A DNA stretch of 64,000 bases, from the NCBI RefSeq assembly GCF_009914755.1, contig NC_060931.1; one strand, written 5' to 3'. This DNA is from the human T2T-CHM13v2.0 reference genome, Homo sapiens. Each line of letters opens with the position of its first letter. The stretch's first letter is position 1. The position numbers and the translations under genes are program-made. The notes beneath the pieces are model-generated. The model was given only the letters and a program-made list of their open reading frames with translations. It searched no databases and had not been told where the DNA came from. This document shows positions 26,451 through 43,659 of the stretch, piece after piece.

Positions 26451-29400
26451 TAAACTTTTGTTTAAACCAGAAGGGCTTGTCATCCCGTATCTAATCCAGT
26501 TACCTTAATTTACTTATTAAGAAAATGGAGCCCATGGAGTAGAGTCTTCAGTTCCCTAATTTGTATATTTTCCATGAATGTAACTGAAATGTGAATGGGC
26601 AATTTAATCCCCCTAAACATTTGTTGGTTTAGAGCAACTTCCTAATGTGGGGAAAGGGTGAGTGAGAGACTCTTCCAGTAGCCCACAGTCCCACCATGGA
26701 ACTGTACAGTTCTGGCCATAGGAGAACCACATGACCCTCCCAACCCCTGAAACGAACCCAGTGAGCTGCTGGAAGACCATGGGATGTAACTTCTCCAGTT
26801 CCCACTGCTGGGTCCCACACCTTTTCTGAGACCTTAACAGATAATACAGCAAGATGCCATTTTTAAACCTAGTCTTTGGCAGACTGCACACTGTTCTGGG
26901 GCCCAATGGTGCCAGAACTGAGGCATTACAGAAACGTGAGCTGTTGTTCCTGAGGCTGGGGAGCATGCTGGGAGTTCTACCATAGGCAGGGCTAAGAAAT
27001 GAGTGAGGTATGGGCTGCAGCTGCTGGTGCCAGGAAGCGAGCAGAGTGTGAGTTGCCCCTGGAATTTGGTTGTCAGCTTGGTGGAAGCTCCTGCAGCTGG
27101 GGTTGATGTATGAGCTAGGCATGAAGTACCACCACTAGGGTGGGGGCAAGCCCTTCTGGGACTAGTGTGTGAAAGAGACACATGTTCCCTACCCAGTGGC
27201 CCAGGCTGTGGCCACCAAGGGCAGCCCCATCCTCCCAGTGGCAGGGCTTCAGTGCAGCTGCTACCACCCCTCACCTGAGCACTCTGCCTAGGGCCCGAGG
27301 ATTGCTCCACCCCTGCCAACGATGACTGGTGCCTGCTGCCACCATTGGGGGGCCTGAGCACAAGCCTGTCCAGCCCAGTTTTATCCCCTCTCAGACAGAG
27401 CATATAGCCCCGGGTCCTGGGGATTGCCAGCCCCATCCACAACTTTGGGCACCTGGGCACTTCTCCTAGGGGCCTAAGGTTGGGACTAAACTCTTGGCTG
27501 CTATCACCTCAGCTTGCACCTACTTGCAAGCACCACCTGAGGACCTGGGGACTGGTCTACTCAGCTCATCGCAGCCTCTGCCAACATCAATAGACACCAT
27601 TCAGGACCCAGAAAATTGTCCCGCCACTGCTGTGGCCATTCCTCATCCCACACTGGCTGCACAGAGGCCTAAGCACCTGCCCACCTACCCAGTCCACCAC
27701 TGCCACTGCTGACATCCAAGCAAGCCACCTGAAAGCTCAAGACCTGGCCTGCCAGCAACTGTAAACACAGGTGCCAGTGTACACTACCCTGGGGCACAAA
27801 GATAGGCATACTCATCCCACCACTACCACCACCAGAGATTGAAGATTGGCCCACCTGGCATTTCAGTCATCAGCAAAACTTCACTACAGCCTCCACTAAT
27901 AACCATGCCCTAACCTACTGAGGATATCACAGACACCACTGACAATGTTTAGAGCCAAAGAAATCATACAGAGACTACACTACTGCATGCATGAAGAATC
28001 AAAGTCAGTGTGCCCTGTATAACTGATGCCATAGATATATCTTCAGGAAAAAGTTATGCCCTGCCAAACAAATTCAAAAATAGGAAGAAACAACTATTAC
28101 ACCATATGCACAGATATTAACATAAGGGCACAAGACATATGAAGAAGCAAAGACATATGACACTTCCAAAGGAACACAATAATTCTCCAGTAATTTGATT
28201 TTGAATCAAAACAAGTTTTCAAAGTCCCTGATAAAGAATTCAAAATATTGATTTTAAAGAAGCTCAGTGAGATATAAGGGAATTCTGAAAAACAATACAA
28301 ATAAATTAGGAAAACAATTCAGGGTATGAATGAGAAATTTACAAAAGAGATACATATTTTTAAAAAGAACCAAAATAAAAATTCTGGAACGGAAGAATTG
28401 ATTGAAAAAAATACAAAATACATTGAAATCTTCAGCAATAAAGTAGATCAGGCAGAAGAAGGAATCGCAGAACTTGAATATAAGTCTTGGGTCCCACACC
28501 TTTTGAAAGTTTTTTGAAGTAATCCAGTCAGACAAAACTTTTTTTAAAAAGAATAAAAAAAGTCAGCAAAACACTAATCACATTTGGAACAACATAAACT
28601 GATTGAATATTTTAATGATTGGTATTACTGAGATTGAAGAGACAAAGAAGTAGAAGACCCATTTAATGAAATAACAGAAGAAAACTTCTCAAGTCTAACA
28701 AGAGATTTAGACATCAAGATACAGAAGGCTAAGTATTCCAGGCAGATATAATACAAAAAGGTCTTCTCCATGGCACATCTTAGTCACTGTTCAAAGTCAA
28801 AGACAAAGACCAAATTCTACAAAACAGCAAGAGAAAAGTATCTACTTACCTATAAAGGAAAATCAATTTGACTAACTTTGGATTTCTCAGTATAAACCTT
28901 ACAGGACAGAAGAGAATGGCATGGTATATTCAAAGTGCTAAAAGAAAGAAACTGCCAGCCAAGCAAAATTATCCTTCTCAAATGAAGGAGAAATAAAATC
29001 CTTCCTAGACAACAAGTATGGAATGAATTCATTACCACTAGAGCAGTCCTACAAGAAATGCACAAAGGATTCCTAAACCTGGAAGTGAAGTACATTTACC
29101 ATCATGAAAACACATGAAAGTATAAAACTCACTAGTAAAGCAATTACACAAAGGAGGACAAGAAAGGACTCAAATGATGCCTCTACAGAAATCGACTAAA
29201 CCACAATGACAATAGTAAGAAAAAGGAAAGGAACAAATAATATATGAAACAACCAGAAAACAATAATAAGACAGGAAAGAACAGCCTCACATATCAATAA
29301 TAACCTCTAATGTAAATAAATTCTCCACTTAAAAGACACAGAATGGCTGAATGGATAAAATTAAAAAAAAAAACAAAAAAAACCTCATCATCTGACTATA

Positions 29401-30446
29401 TGCTGCTTACAAGAAACTAACCTTAATAGTAAAGACACATATAGACTAAAAGTAAAGGGATAGAAAAATATATTCCACACAAATGGAAAGCAAAACCAGG
29501 CAGGAGTAGCTATAGTTATATCAGATAAAAAGGTCTTTAAATCAAGAACAGTAAAAAAAGGACCAATAAGGTCATTATGTAATGACAAAGGGATCAATCT
29601 AGCAGGAGGCCATAACAATTCTAAATATATGCATACAACACTAGAGTACCCATTATCATAAAGCAAATATTACTAAATCTAAAGAGACAGATAGACTGCA
29701 ATACAGTAACAATGGGAGCCTCCAATACCCCATTCTTAGCATTAGATAGATCATCAACACAGAAAACCAACAAAGAAATATTGGGTTCAAACTGAACTTT
29801 AGACAAAATGGTCCTAATAGACACTTACAGAATATTTTATTCAACAACTGCAGAATATACATTCTTTTCATCAGCACATGGAATAATCTGTAGGACAGAT
29901 CATGTGATACATAGTCCACAAAACAAGTGTCAACAAATTTAAAAATATCAAAATCATATCAGTTATTTTCTTGGACCACAATGGAATAAAACTAGAAATT
30001 AACACAAAAAGGAACTTTGGAAACTGTCCAAATAAGTGGAAATTAAACAACTTGCCCCTGAATGATCACTGGTTCAATGAAGATATTAGTATGGACATTA
30101 AAAATTTTCTTGAAACAAATGAAAATGGAAACATAACATACCAAAACCTGTGGGACATAGCAAAAGCAGTGCTAAGAGGGACATTTATAGCAATAAATGC
30201 CTACACTGAAAAGGTAGAAAGATTACAAACTAACAATATAACAGTGCATATTAAGGAAGTAGAAAAGCAAGAACAAACCAAATCCAAAATTAGCAGAAGA
30301 AAAGAAGTAATAGAGATCAGAGCAGAACTAAATGAAATGAGACTAAAAACGTCACAAAGCATCAACAAAACAAAAGTTAGTTCTTTGAAAAGATAAACAA
30401 AATTGATAAACCGCTAGCTAAAGTAACAAATAAAAGAGGAGAGAAG

Positions 30447-31483
30447 GGGGTTCGAGCCAAGATGGCCAAATAGGAACAACTCTGTTCTACAGCTCCCAGT
30501 GTGAGTGACACAGAAGACGGGTGATTTCTGCATTTCCATCTGAGGTACCGGGTTCATCTCACTAGGGAGTGCCAGACAGTGGGCTCAGGACAGTGGGTGC
30601 AGCGCACCGTGCGTGAGCCAAAGCAGGGCAAGGCATTGCCTCACTTGTGAAGCACAAGGGGCTAGGGAGTTCCCTTTCCTAGTCAAAGAAAGTGGTGACA
30701 GACGACACCTGGAAAATCGGGTCACTCCCACCCTAATACTGCACTTTTCTGACGGGCTTAAAAAACGGTGCACCAGGAGATTATATCCCGCACCTGGCTT
30801 GGAGGGTCCTACGCCCACAGAGTCTCACTGATTGCTAGCACAGCAGTCTGAGATCAAACTGCAAGGCGGCAGTGAGGCTGGGGGAGGGGCGCCCGCCATT
30901 GCCCAGGCTTGCTTAGGTAAACAAAGCAGCCGGGTAGCTCGAACTGGGTGGAGCCCACCACAGCTCAAGGAGGCCTGCCTGCCTCTGTAGGCTCCACCTC
31001 TGGGGGCAGGGCACAGACAAACAAAAAGACAGCAATAACCTCTGCAGACTTAAATGTCCCTGTCTGACAGCTTTGAAGAGAGCAGTTGTTCTCCCAGCAC
31101 ACAGCTGAAGATCTGAGAACGGGCAGACTGCCTCCTCAAGTGGGTCGCTAACCCCTGACCCCCCGAGCAGCCTAACTGGGAGACACGCCCGAGTAGGGGC
31201 AGACTGACACCTCACACGGCCGGGTACTCCTCTGAGACAAAACTTCCAGAGGAATGATCAGACAGCAGCATTTGCGGTTCACGATAATCTGCTGATCTGC
31301 AGCCACCGCTGCTGATACCCAGGCAAACAGCGTCTGGAGTGGACCTCTAGCAAACTCCAACAGACCTGTAGCTGAGGGTCCTGTCTATTAGAAGGAAAAC
31401 TAAGAAACAGAAAGGACATCCACACCAAAAACCCATCTGTACATCACCATCATCAAAGACCAAAAGTAGATAAAACCACAAAG
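30447..31483 (+). promoter_or_regulatory. L1 5'UTR internal sense/antisense promoter with YY1 site and ZNF93-binding segment
   Basis: YY1 motif aagatggcc 30459-30467; 128-bp segment 31231-31358 flanked by actcc, absent from L1PA2/L1HS. Confidence 0.8.
30585..30899 (-). pseudogene. L1 ORF0 homologue with premature stop
   Basis: ATG at 30899 reads MAGAPPPASLPPCSLISDCCASNQ then TGA (30827-30825); downstream VGPSKPGAGYNL...IRVGVTRFSRC matches the ORF0 C-terminus. Confidence 0.8.
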
Positions 31484-32500
31484 ATGGGGAAAAAACAGAG
31501 CAGAAAAACTGGAAACTCTAAAAAGCAGAGCGCCTCTCCTCCTCCAAAGGAATGCAGTTCCTCACCAGCAACGGAACAAAGCTGGACGGAGAATGACTTT
31601 GACGAGTTGAGAGAAGAAGGCTTCAGACGATCAAACTACTCCGAGCTACAGGAGGAAATTCAAACCAAAGGCAAAGAAGTTAAAAACTTTGAAAAAAATT
31701 TAGACGAATGTATAACTAGAATAACCAATACAGAGAAGTGCTCAAAGGAGCTGATGTAGCTGAAAGCCAAGGCTCGAGAACTATGTGAAGAATGCAGAAG
31801 CCTCAGGAGCCGATGTGATCAACAGGAAGAAAGGATATCAGTGATGGAAGATGAAATGAATGAAATGAAGCGAGAAGGGAAGTTTAGAGAAAAAAGAATA
31901 AAAAGAAACGAACAAAGCCTCCAAGAAATATGGGACTATGTGAAAAGACCAAATCTACGTCAGACTGGTGTACCTGAAAGTGACGGGGAGAATGGAACCA
32001 AGTTGGAAAACACTCTGCAGGATATTATCCAAGAGAACTTCCCCTATCTAGCAAGGCAGGCCAACATTCAGATTCAGGAAATACAGAGAACGCCACAAAG
32101 ATACTCCTCAAGAAGAGCAACTCCAAGAAACATAATTGTCAGATTCACCAAGGTTGAAATGAAGGAAAAAATATTAAGGGCAGCCAGAGAGAAAGGTCAG
32201 GTTACCCACAAAGGGAAGCCCATCAGACTAACAGCAGATCTCTCGGCAGAAACTCTACAAGCCAGAAGAGAGTGGGGGCCAATATTCAACATTCTTAAAG
32301 AAAAGAATTTTCAACCCAGAATTTCATATCCAGCCAAACTAAGCTTCATAAGTGAAGGAGAAATAAAATACTTTACAGACAAGCAAATGCTGAGAGATTT
32401 TGTCACCACCAGGCCTGCCCTAAAAGAGCTCCTGAAGGAAGCACTAAACATGGAAAGGAACAACCAGTACCAGCCGCTGCAAAATCATGCCAAATTGTAA
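31484..32500 (+). pseudogene. L1 ORF1p (RNA-binding chaperone) with one nonsense codon
   Basis: MGKKQSRKTGNSK... 1017-nt frame; in-frame TAG at 31757-31759; C-terminal ...RISYPAKLSF...ALNMERNN. Confidence 0.95.
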
Positions 32501-32563
32501 AGACCATCGAGGCTAGGAAGAAACTGCATCAACTAACGAGCAAAATAACCAGCTAACATCATA

Positions 32564-36385
<3,822 letters not shown>

Positions 36386-38949
36386 ACAATGAGAACACAT
36401 GGACACAGGAAGGGGAACATCACACTCTGGGGACTGTTGTGGGGTGGGGGAGGGGGGAGGGATAGCATTAGGAGATATACCTAATGCTAAATGACGAGTT
36501 AATGGGTGCAGCACACCAGCATGGCGCATGTATACATATGTAACTAACCTGCACATTGTGCAGATATACCCTAAAACTTAAAGTATAATAATAATAAAAT
36601 AAAAAAAAGAGGAGAGAAGACCCAAATAAACAAAATGAAAAAGGAAACATACCCTTTTTCTCATACCTGAAAAATACAGAAGATCATCAGAGACTATTAT
36701 GAACAATTATACGCTGAGAAACTGGAAAACTTAGAGGAAATAGATGAATTCCTAGAAGCATACAACCTACAAAGATGTAATCAGGAACAAATAGATACTT
36801 GAACAAACCAATGTTGAGTAGCAAGATTCAATCAGTAACAAAAAGTCTCCAAACGAAGAAAAGCTCAGGACTGGATGGATTCACAGTTGAATTCTACTAA
36901 ACACACAAAGAAGAAAAATACCATTCTCTTAAAATGATTCCAAAAAAGTCTAAGAGGAGGGAATTCTCTCCACCTCATCCTATGAGGCCAGTATCACCCT
37001 CATACTAAAGCCAGATAAAGACAAAACACAAAAACAAAAGCACTTCAGGCCAGTATCTCTGATGAACATTAACACAAAAATCATCAAAAAAGTACCAGCA
37101 AACCAAATCCAACAATACATTGAAAAGACAGTATACAATGATCAAGTGAGACTTTCCCCAATAATGCAAGAGATGGTTCAATATGTGCAAATCAATAAAG
37201 GTGATACATCATCATATCATCAGGATGAAGAACAAAAACCATGTGATTTTCTTCGGAGACACAGATAAAACATTTGATAAAATTCAACATCTCTTCATGA
37301 TAAAAATTCTATAACTGGGGATAGAAGGAACATATCTCAAAACAGCAAAGGCCATATGGGACAAACCTACAGGTAACATAATACTGAATGGGGAAAAGTT
37401 GAAAGCCTTTTCTCTAAGAACTGGAAAATGACAAAAATGCCAACTTTCACCACTTCCATTCAACATAGTACTAGAAGTCCTTGCCAGGGCAATTAGGCAA
37501 GAGAAAGGGAAAGAAGCATCCAAGTTGGAAAAGAAGAAGTTAAATTGTCCCTCTTTGCTGATGATATGATCTTATATCTACAAAAACCTAAAGAATCCAC
37601 CAATAAACTCTTATATTTGATAAATTAATTTGGTCAAGTTGCAGGATACAAAATCTATGTACAAAAATCAGTAGCATTTCTATACACCAATAATGATGTA
37701 GCTGAGAAAGAAATCAAGAAGGCAACACCACTTACTATACCTACAAAACAAAACAAAACAAAACACACCTAGGAAATTATCCTAGGAAGTGAGAGATATC
37801 TACAAGGAAAACTATAAAACAGTGATAAAAGAAATTGATGATGACACAAATCAATGCAAACACATCAGCGTTCATGGTTTTGAAGAATGAATATAATTAA
37901 AATGACCATATTGCCCCAGTCTATAGATTCAATGGAATTCCTATGAAAATACCAATGTAATTCTTGGCAGAATTAGAAAAAACAATCCTAAAATTCATAT
38001 GGAGCCAAAAGAAAGCCCAAATAGCATAAGCAGTTCTGAGGAAGAACAACAAAGCTGGAGGCATTACATTACCTGACTTCAAAATGTATTGCAAGGCTAT
38101 AGTAACCCAAACAGCATGATATTGGTATAAAAATAGACATGCAGACCAGTGGAACAGAATAAGAGAAACTACTAATAATGCCACTTATTTACAGCCAGTT
38201 GATTTTCAACAAAGCCAACAAGAACTCACATTGGGAAAAGGATACCCTCTGCAACTAATGGTGCTGGGAAAATTGGATAGCCACATGCAGGAGAATGAAT
38301 CTGGATACTTGTCTCTCATCATATTTAAATATAAACTCTAAATGGATTAAAGACTTAGACATAAGACCCCAAACTATAAAAATACTGAAACAAAACCTAG
38401 GGAAAAATCTCTTAGACCTTGGTCTAGGCAAATAATTTATGACTGAGACCTCAAAAGTATAGGCAACCAAAACAAAAATAGATAAATGGGACTATATTGT
38501 ATTAAAAAGCTCCTGCACAGCAAAGGAAACAATCAACAAAGTGAAGTGACAGCCTGTTGAATGAGAGAAAATATTTGCAAACTATTCATCTGACAGGATG
38601 AAGCTGGCCACATGACTCATATAGAAACTATACAAGGAACTCAAACAACTTAACAGGAAAAGAAAACCTCAAATAATGCCATTGAAAAGTTAGCAAAGGA
38701 CATGGATAGTCATTTCTCAAAGGAAGACATACAAATGGCCAACAGGTATATGAAAAAAATGCTGAAAACCACTAATCATCAGAGAAATGAAAATTTAAAC
38801 CACAATGAGATATCATCTTACCCCAGTTGGAATTGACTAGTATTAAAAAGACAAAAAATTACAGATGGTGATGAGGATGTGGAGATAAAGGAACTGTTAT
38901 ACCCATTGGTGGGAATGTAGACGAGTGCAGCCACTATGTACATGGTGGT

Positions 38950-39290
38950 GGTGGAAAGCCTCACTGAGGTGACATCTCATTAAAGACCTGACTAAAGTGA
39001 AGCAGAAACCATGTGGCTATCTGTGGAAAGAGCGTTTCATACAAAGGGAAAGGCATGTGCAAAGGCCCTGAGGCAGGAGTGTGCCAGAATGTCAGTGGAA
39101 CAGCAAGGATGGTGGAACGTCTAGAGTAAAGTGAATGGCAGGCATTGGGGGAAAGAAACAATAGGAGATAAACTCAGAGAGGTAACAGGGCCACCTTATG
39201 GAAAGAATTTGGATTGTCTCCTGACTGTATGGAAGGCTGCTGGAGGGTTTAAGCACTGACTGACAAGGTCTGATTTATAGTCATTTGGGG
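38950..39290 (-). mobile_element. L2 fragment
   Basis: 'gccatgtggctatctgtggaaagagc'-like text and 'gcatgtgcaaaggccctgaggcaggagtgtgc'. Confidence 0.75.
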
Positions 39291-39336
39291 AAGATGGCTG
39301 ATGAGAAAGCAAGTCAGAGAGAGAGTTAAAAGCTGA

Positions 39337-39663
<327 letters not shown>

Positions 39664-40879
39664 GGAACAATTTAATTGATCATTTGAATCTGGAAAAATT
39701 ACAAAGCTTCCTGTCTGGAACTGGCCCTTAGGGGAATTTCATTTGCCTTGTGTTGATGGCCTTCTCTCCCCAGCCCTTAATAGACAAAACCTCATGTTAC
39801 ATAAATTGACAGAGAAAAATTGTCTCAATAAAATGATGGATTCTGAACATCTTACTGGACAAATACTGTGTCCCCTTTCAAATGCATGTCATCAGAATCC
39901 TTTACAAACGGCCCTTTTACAGGTTGCTGAGGTATAACCATAAGGCACCCCCTTTCCTCCCTGAGTTTTACAAGTTGCCCTCCACTTGCTGGAGTGGCTA
40001 AGCCTCCTTCCCTGCTGACCACAAAGTAATTCTTCAGTAGATATTAGGTTGGTACTAATAGGCAAGAGGAACTTTGCACAGCATGCAAACAAACAAACAA
40101 AACTTTTGCTGCGTAAATAAACTGGGTGCAGTGGTTGTCCAGCCTCTGGCTGTGGGTTCCTAATCTTTCTGCCTTCCTGCCAGCTATTTTTAGAAAACGG
40201 ACAAAGTTTGTTTACAATGCTGAGTCCACTGTCTTACATTCCACAGCACCCAGGCCAGGGGTTTCTCTCTGAGTCCACCCAGAACAGAATCCAGCTCAAA
40301 GCTGGCTAGGCTTGATTGCAGCTTCAGGGGGCAAACGTTACTTTGGACTGAAGCTCACGACGTTTGCATTGTGTGTCCTGTTAATCAGGGAATCTTGTAA
40401 GACCCCATGGAGGGGACTAGAGCGTTGCTATAGTGACAGAGATGGAATTTCCTTGCAGTTCCTGGTGGGTGAATGTTCAGAGCAGTTTTTTATTTGATTT
40501 AGAAAGCTGTAGAAATGTGACATTTTAAAACTCTTAAGTGTTGTGGAGTTATATCCATGCCCACTGTGCCAGCACGGTCATCTGGGCAGAGCTGTGTGGG
40601 TTTCTAGTTAAAAGTCACAAAGTTCAGCAGTCACCTCAGGTGTGTGACCGATTGCTGTGCCCTGCCAGGTTTCTGAGGCTCGGCACACATCATAGAGTTG
40701 AAATACTGCCAAAGTCACTCATTTGTTTTGACAGTGATGAGGGTAGTGGAAGGCTCTGGGCCTCTTTGCTTCCCTAAAAATATAAGCTGCACAACCCTAC
40801 TCTTGGCTTCTGTATAGCCATCGGGGATGAGAGGATCAAGGATGAGAGAATGTAATACAAACTGATAAAAATAATAACT

Positions 40880-41190
<311 letters not shown>

Positions 41191-41199
41191 AATAATAAC

Positions 41200-41552
41200 T
41201 GGCATTTGCACATCCCTTTAGATTCTTCATACACTGTTTCAGTTGGTCCTCACACTACGAAGTGAGAGGGGAGGGTTTATTATTATCATCCAGCTTTTAT
41301 TGGTGAGGAAGCTGAAGCTCAGGGAAGTTGAGATGTGTTCCAGATCCTACAGCAATGAAGTTCTGCCTTGTGGCAGAATAAAGGCTGACACCTGCTAAAC
41401 TCAATGCAACTCATCTCTGTTCCCTGGGGTGGCTTTTCTTCTCGACCCCACTTTACATTTTAGTGAACTGAGGCCCAGAAAGGTTAATTAATTTGCCCAA
41501 GTTCACACCACTCAGATTCCAACCGGACTCTGACTTCAGAGTCCATGTTCTT
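41200..41552 (-). mobile_element. MIR fragments (the second continues at 42269-42290)
   Basis: 'gaggaagctgaagctcagggaagttg' and 'aactgaggcccagaaaggttaattaatttgcccaag...tctgacttcagagtccatg'. Confidence 0.7.
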
Positions 41553-42268
41553 TTTTTTAAAACTTATTTTTAATTTTTTAACATCATTTTAAAATATTTG
41601 TTTTTAATGTTAATTGACAAATAATAATTTTGTATATTTATGGGGCATAATATGATTTTTTTAAACTTTCAATTTTATTTTAGGTATGGGGGTACCTGTA
41701 CAGATTTGTTACATGGGAATATTGGTGGTGCTGAGGTGTGGAGTTTGGAGTGAGTCACCCAGGTCGTGAGCATACTACCTGATAGGTAACTTTTAAACCT
41801 ACCCCCCTCCCTCCACCCTTCAGAAGTCCAAGTGTCTATTGTTCCCATATTTATGTCTATGTGTGCTCAATGTTTAGCTCCAATTTATAAGTGAGAACAT
41901 GCAGTATTTGGTTCTTTCCTGCATTAATTTGCTTAGGATTATGGCCTCTAGCTCCATCCATGTTGCTTCAAAAGACATGATTTCATTCTTTTTTATGGCT
42001 GTGTAGTAGTATTCTCTGGTGTATATATACCATGTTTTCTTTATCCAGTGTACCATTGATGGGCATCTGGGTTGATTCCTTGTCTTTGCTGTTATGAACA
42101 GTGCAACAATGAGCATAAGAGTGCATGTGTCTTTTTGCTGGAATGATTTATTTTCTTTTGGGTATATGTCAATTAATGGGGTTGCTGGGTTGAATGGTAG
42201 CGCTATTTTAAGTTCTTTGAGACGTCTCCAGACTGCTTTCCACAGTGGCTGGACTAACCATTTATATT
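41553..42268 (-). mobile_element. 5'-truncated L1PA13-16-type element with ~100 bp of extra 3' sequence
   Basis: ORF2 C-terminus in ORF 41874-42455 (LVQPLWKAVWR...FEATWMELEAIILS); TSD gagtccatg(t/c)tctt (41539-41552 / 42269-42282). Confidence 0.85.
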
Positions 42269-43185
42269 GAGTCCATGCTCTTAACGAATGTTTGGGCTTC
42301 AGAGTGAAGCAACCCTGCTGAACAAGGCATAATGACATGTGCTGGATTTTTTTTTTTTTTGCCTGTGTATCTATATAGGCAGATAAATGGAGAATGCTGT
42401 ATCTACAGATCCTAAATCTTATTTGAGAGAATCTTGAGGAATCTGAGAAACACAACCCAGGGCTGTGTGCTCCATTCTACAGGGAATCAGCATGCAGTCA
42501 GATTTGGTTGCAAATAACTTATGAGCCCCAAAAAGCAAAATTAGAGTGGTGGAGAAGAACTGATGGGAAATAAATGAGTGTAAAAGTCATGCCATAGGTA
42601 CAAAACTTTTAACAAAACATTATTTTTACATTTCATTCCCCTCTCCAAAGCAAGACATACTCATTGTGTAAAATATAGAAAACATAGGTATGTAAAAGCA
42701 GAGAAACAAAATTCACCTGAAATCCTACCACCCAGAGAAAATCACTGATGATCTGGTGCATATCTTTCCTTACCTGTCTTCTATGCATATATAAAGCTTC
42801 AGGTGCTGTTAAGGTCCTTCATACATGTTGCCAAGTCTCTTTCCCTAAAGACTGTAGAGTTTGCATTTCAGTCTTCAGTAAATGAGAGAACCCTTAGCAC
42901 TTTTTTCTCACCAATGTCAATGGGTAGTATCATACAATGTTGTCAGTTTGGTAAGCAAACAATATCTCTTTAATCAATATTTTTTTGCCACACCTCTTAA
43001 CATTTTTAGAAGGAAGAAAAATAAAAGCTCTTGGATATGAACTTTTTCTTCTTGACGAGCTTAGCTCCTGCTCCACCCCTTATTTTCCCCTTCCACCTGG
43101 GAGCCCCTTGACTGAGGACTTTCTCTTTCAGTTTATGGAGGCCAATCTTAAACTTAATCAAGGAATTTGAAAGGCTCCTTGTGTT

Positions 43186-43335
43186 TCTCATCCATGGCTG
43201 CACATTGGAACCACTGGGGAGCTTTAAGACATCCTCCAGGCTCTGGCTGCGTCCTGGACCAGTTAAATTAGAATCTCTGGTGGAGGAGATTTTCTCAGTA
43301 TTTCTCAGTATTTTCTAAAGCTCTCCAGCTGATCC
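43186..43335. mobile_element. MER5A-like fragment
   Basis: 'ggctgcacattggaaccactggggagcttt...agaccagttaaattagaatctctgg'-like text. Confidence 0.65.
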
Positions 43336-43659
43336 GAGGAAAGCTCTGGATCAGCACAGAGTGATTCAAGTCAGCCTGGACTTTCTGTTAAGACTCGTTT
43401 TTGTGGGATATGAACTTTTCTGGCTTCCACTGGAAACAAGGTCTCTACATTGACCCCTTCCCACACCCCATAGAACTGAGCATGGATCCCTGAGCTGTTT
43501 CTCAGATACTACAGGATTCTCTCAAACCAGCAGATTAGAGGGTGCAAGAATGCACTTTAAAAAAAAAAAGCGTGTGTATCTGCAGGCAGAGAAATGCAGA
43601 GAAATGCAGAGAACCCATTTATCTGCCTGCAGATACACAAGCTATTAAGAAAAGCACAC

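Noticed and set aside
26613-27460. Long minus-strand ORFs (169 and 208 aa)
   Set aside because: They lie in the GC-rich 5'UTR of an old L1, have no recognisable domain and are expected by chance in stop-poor sequence.
40042-40060. tattaggttggtactaata resembling a collapsed MADE/Hsmar end pair
   Set aside because: Only ~12 bp match one TIR end, which is compatible with chance.
41874-42455. 193-aa ORF
   Set aside because: It is an L1 ORF2 C-terminal relic fused to random flanking sequence, not a host gene.
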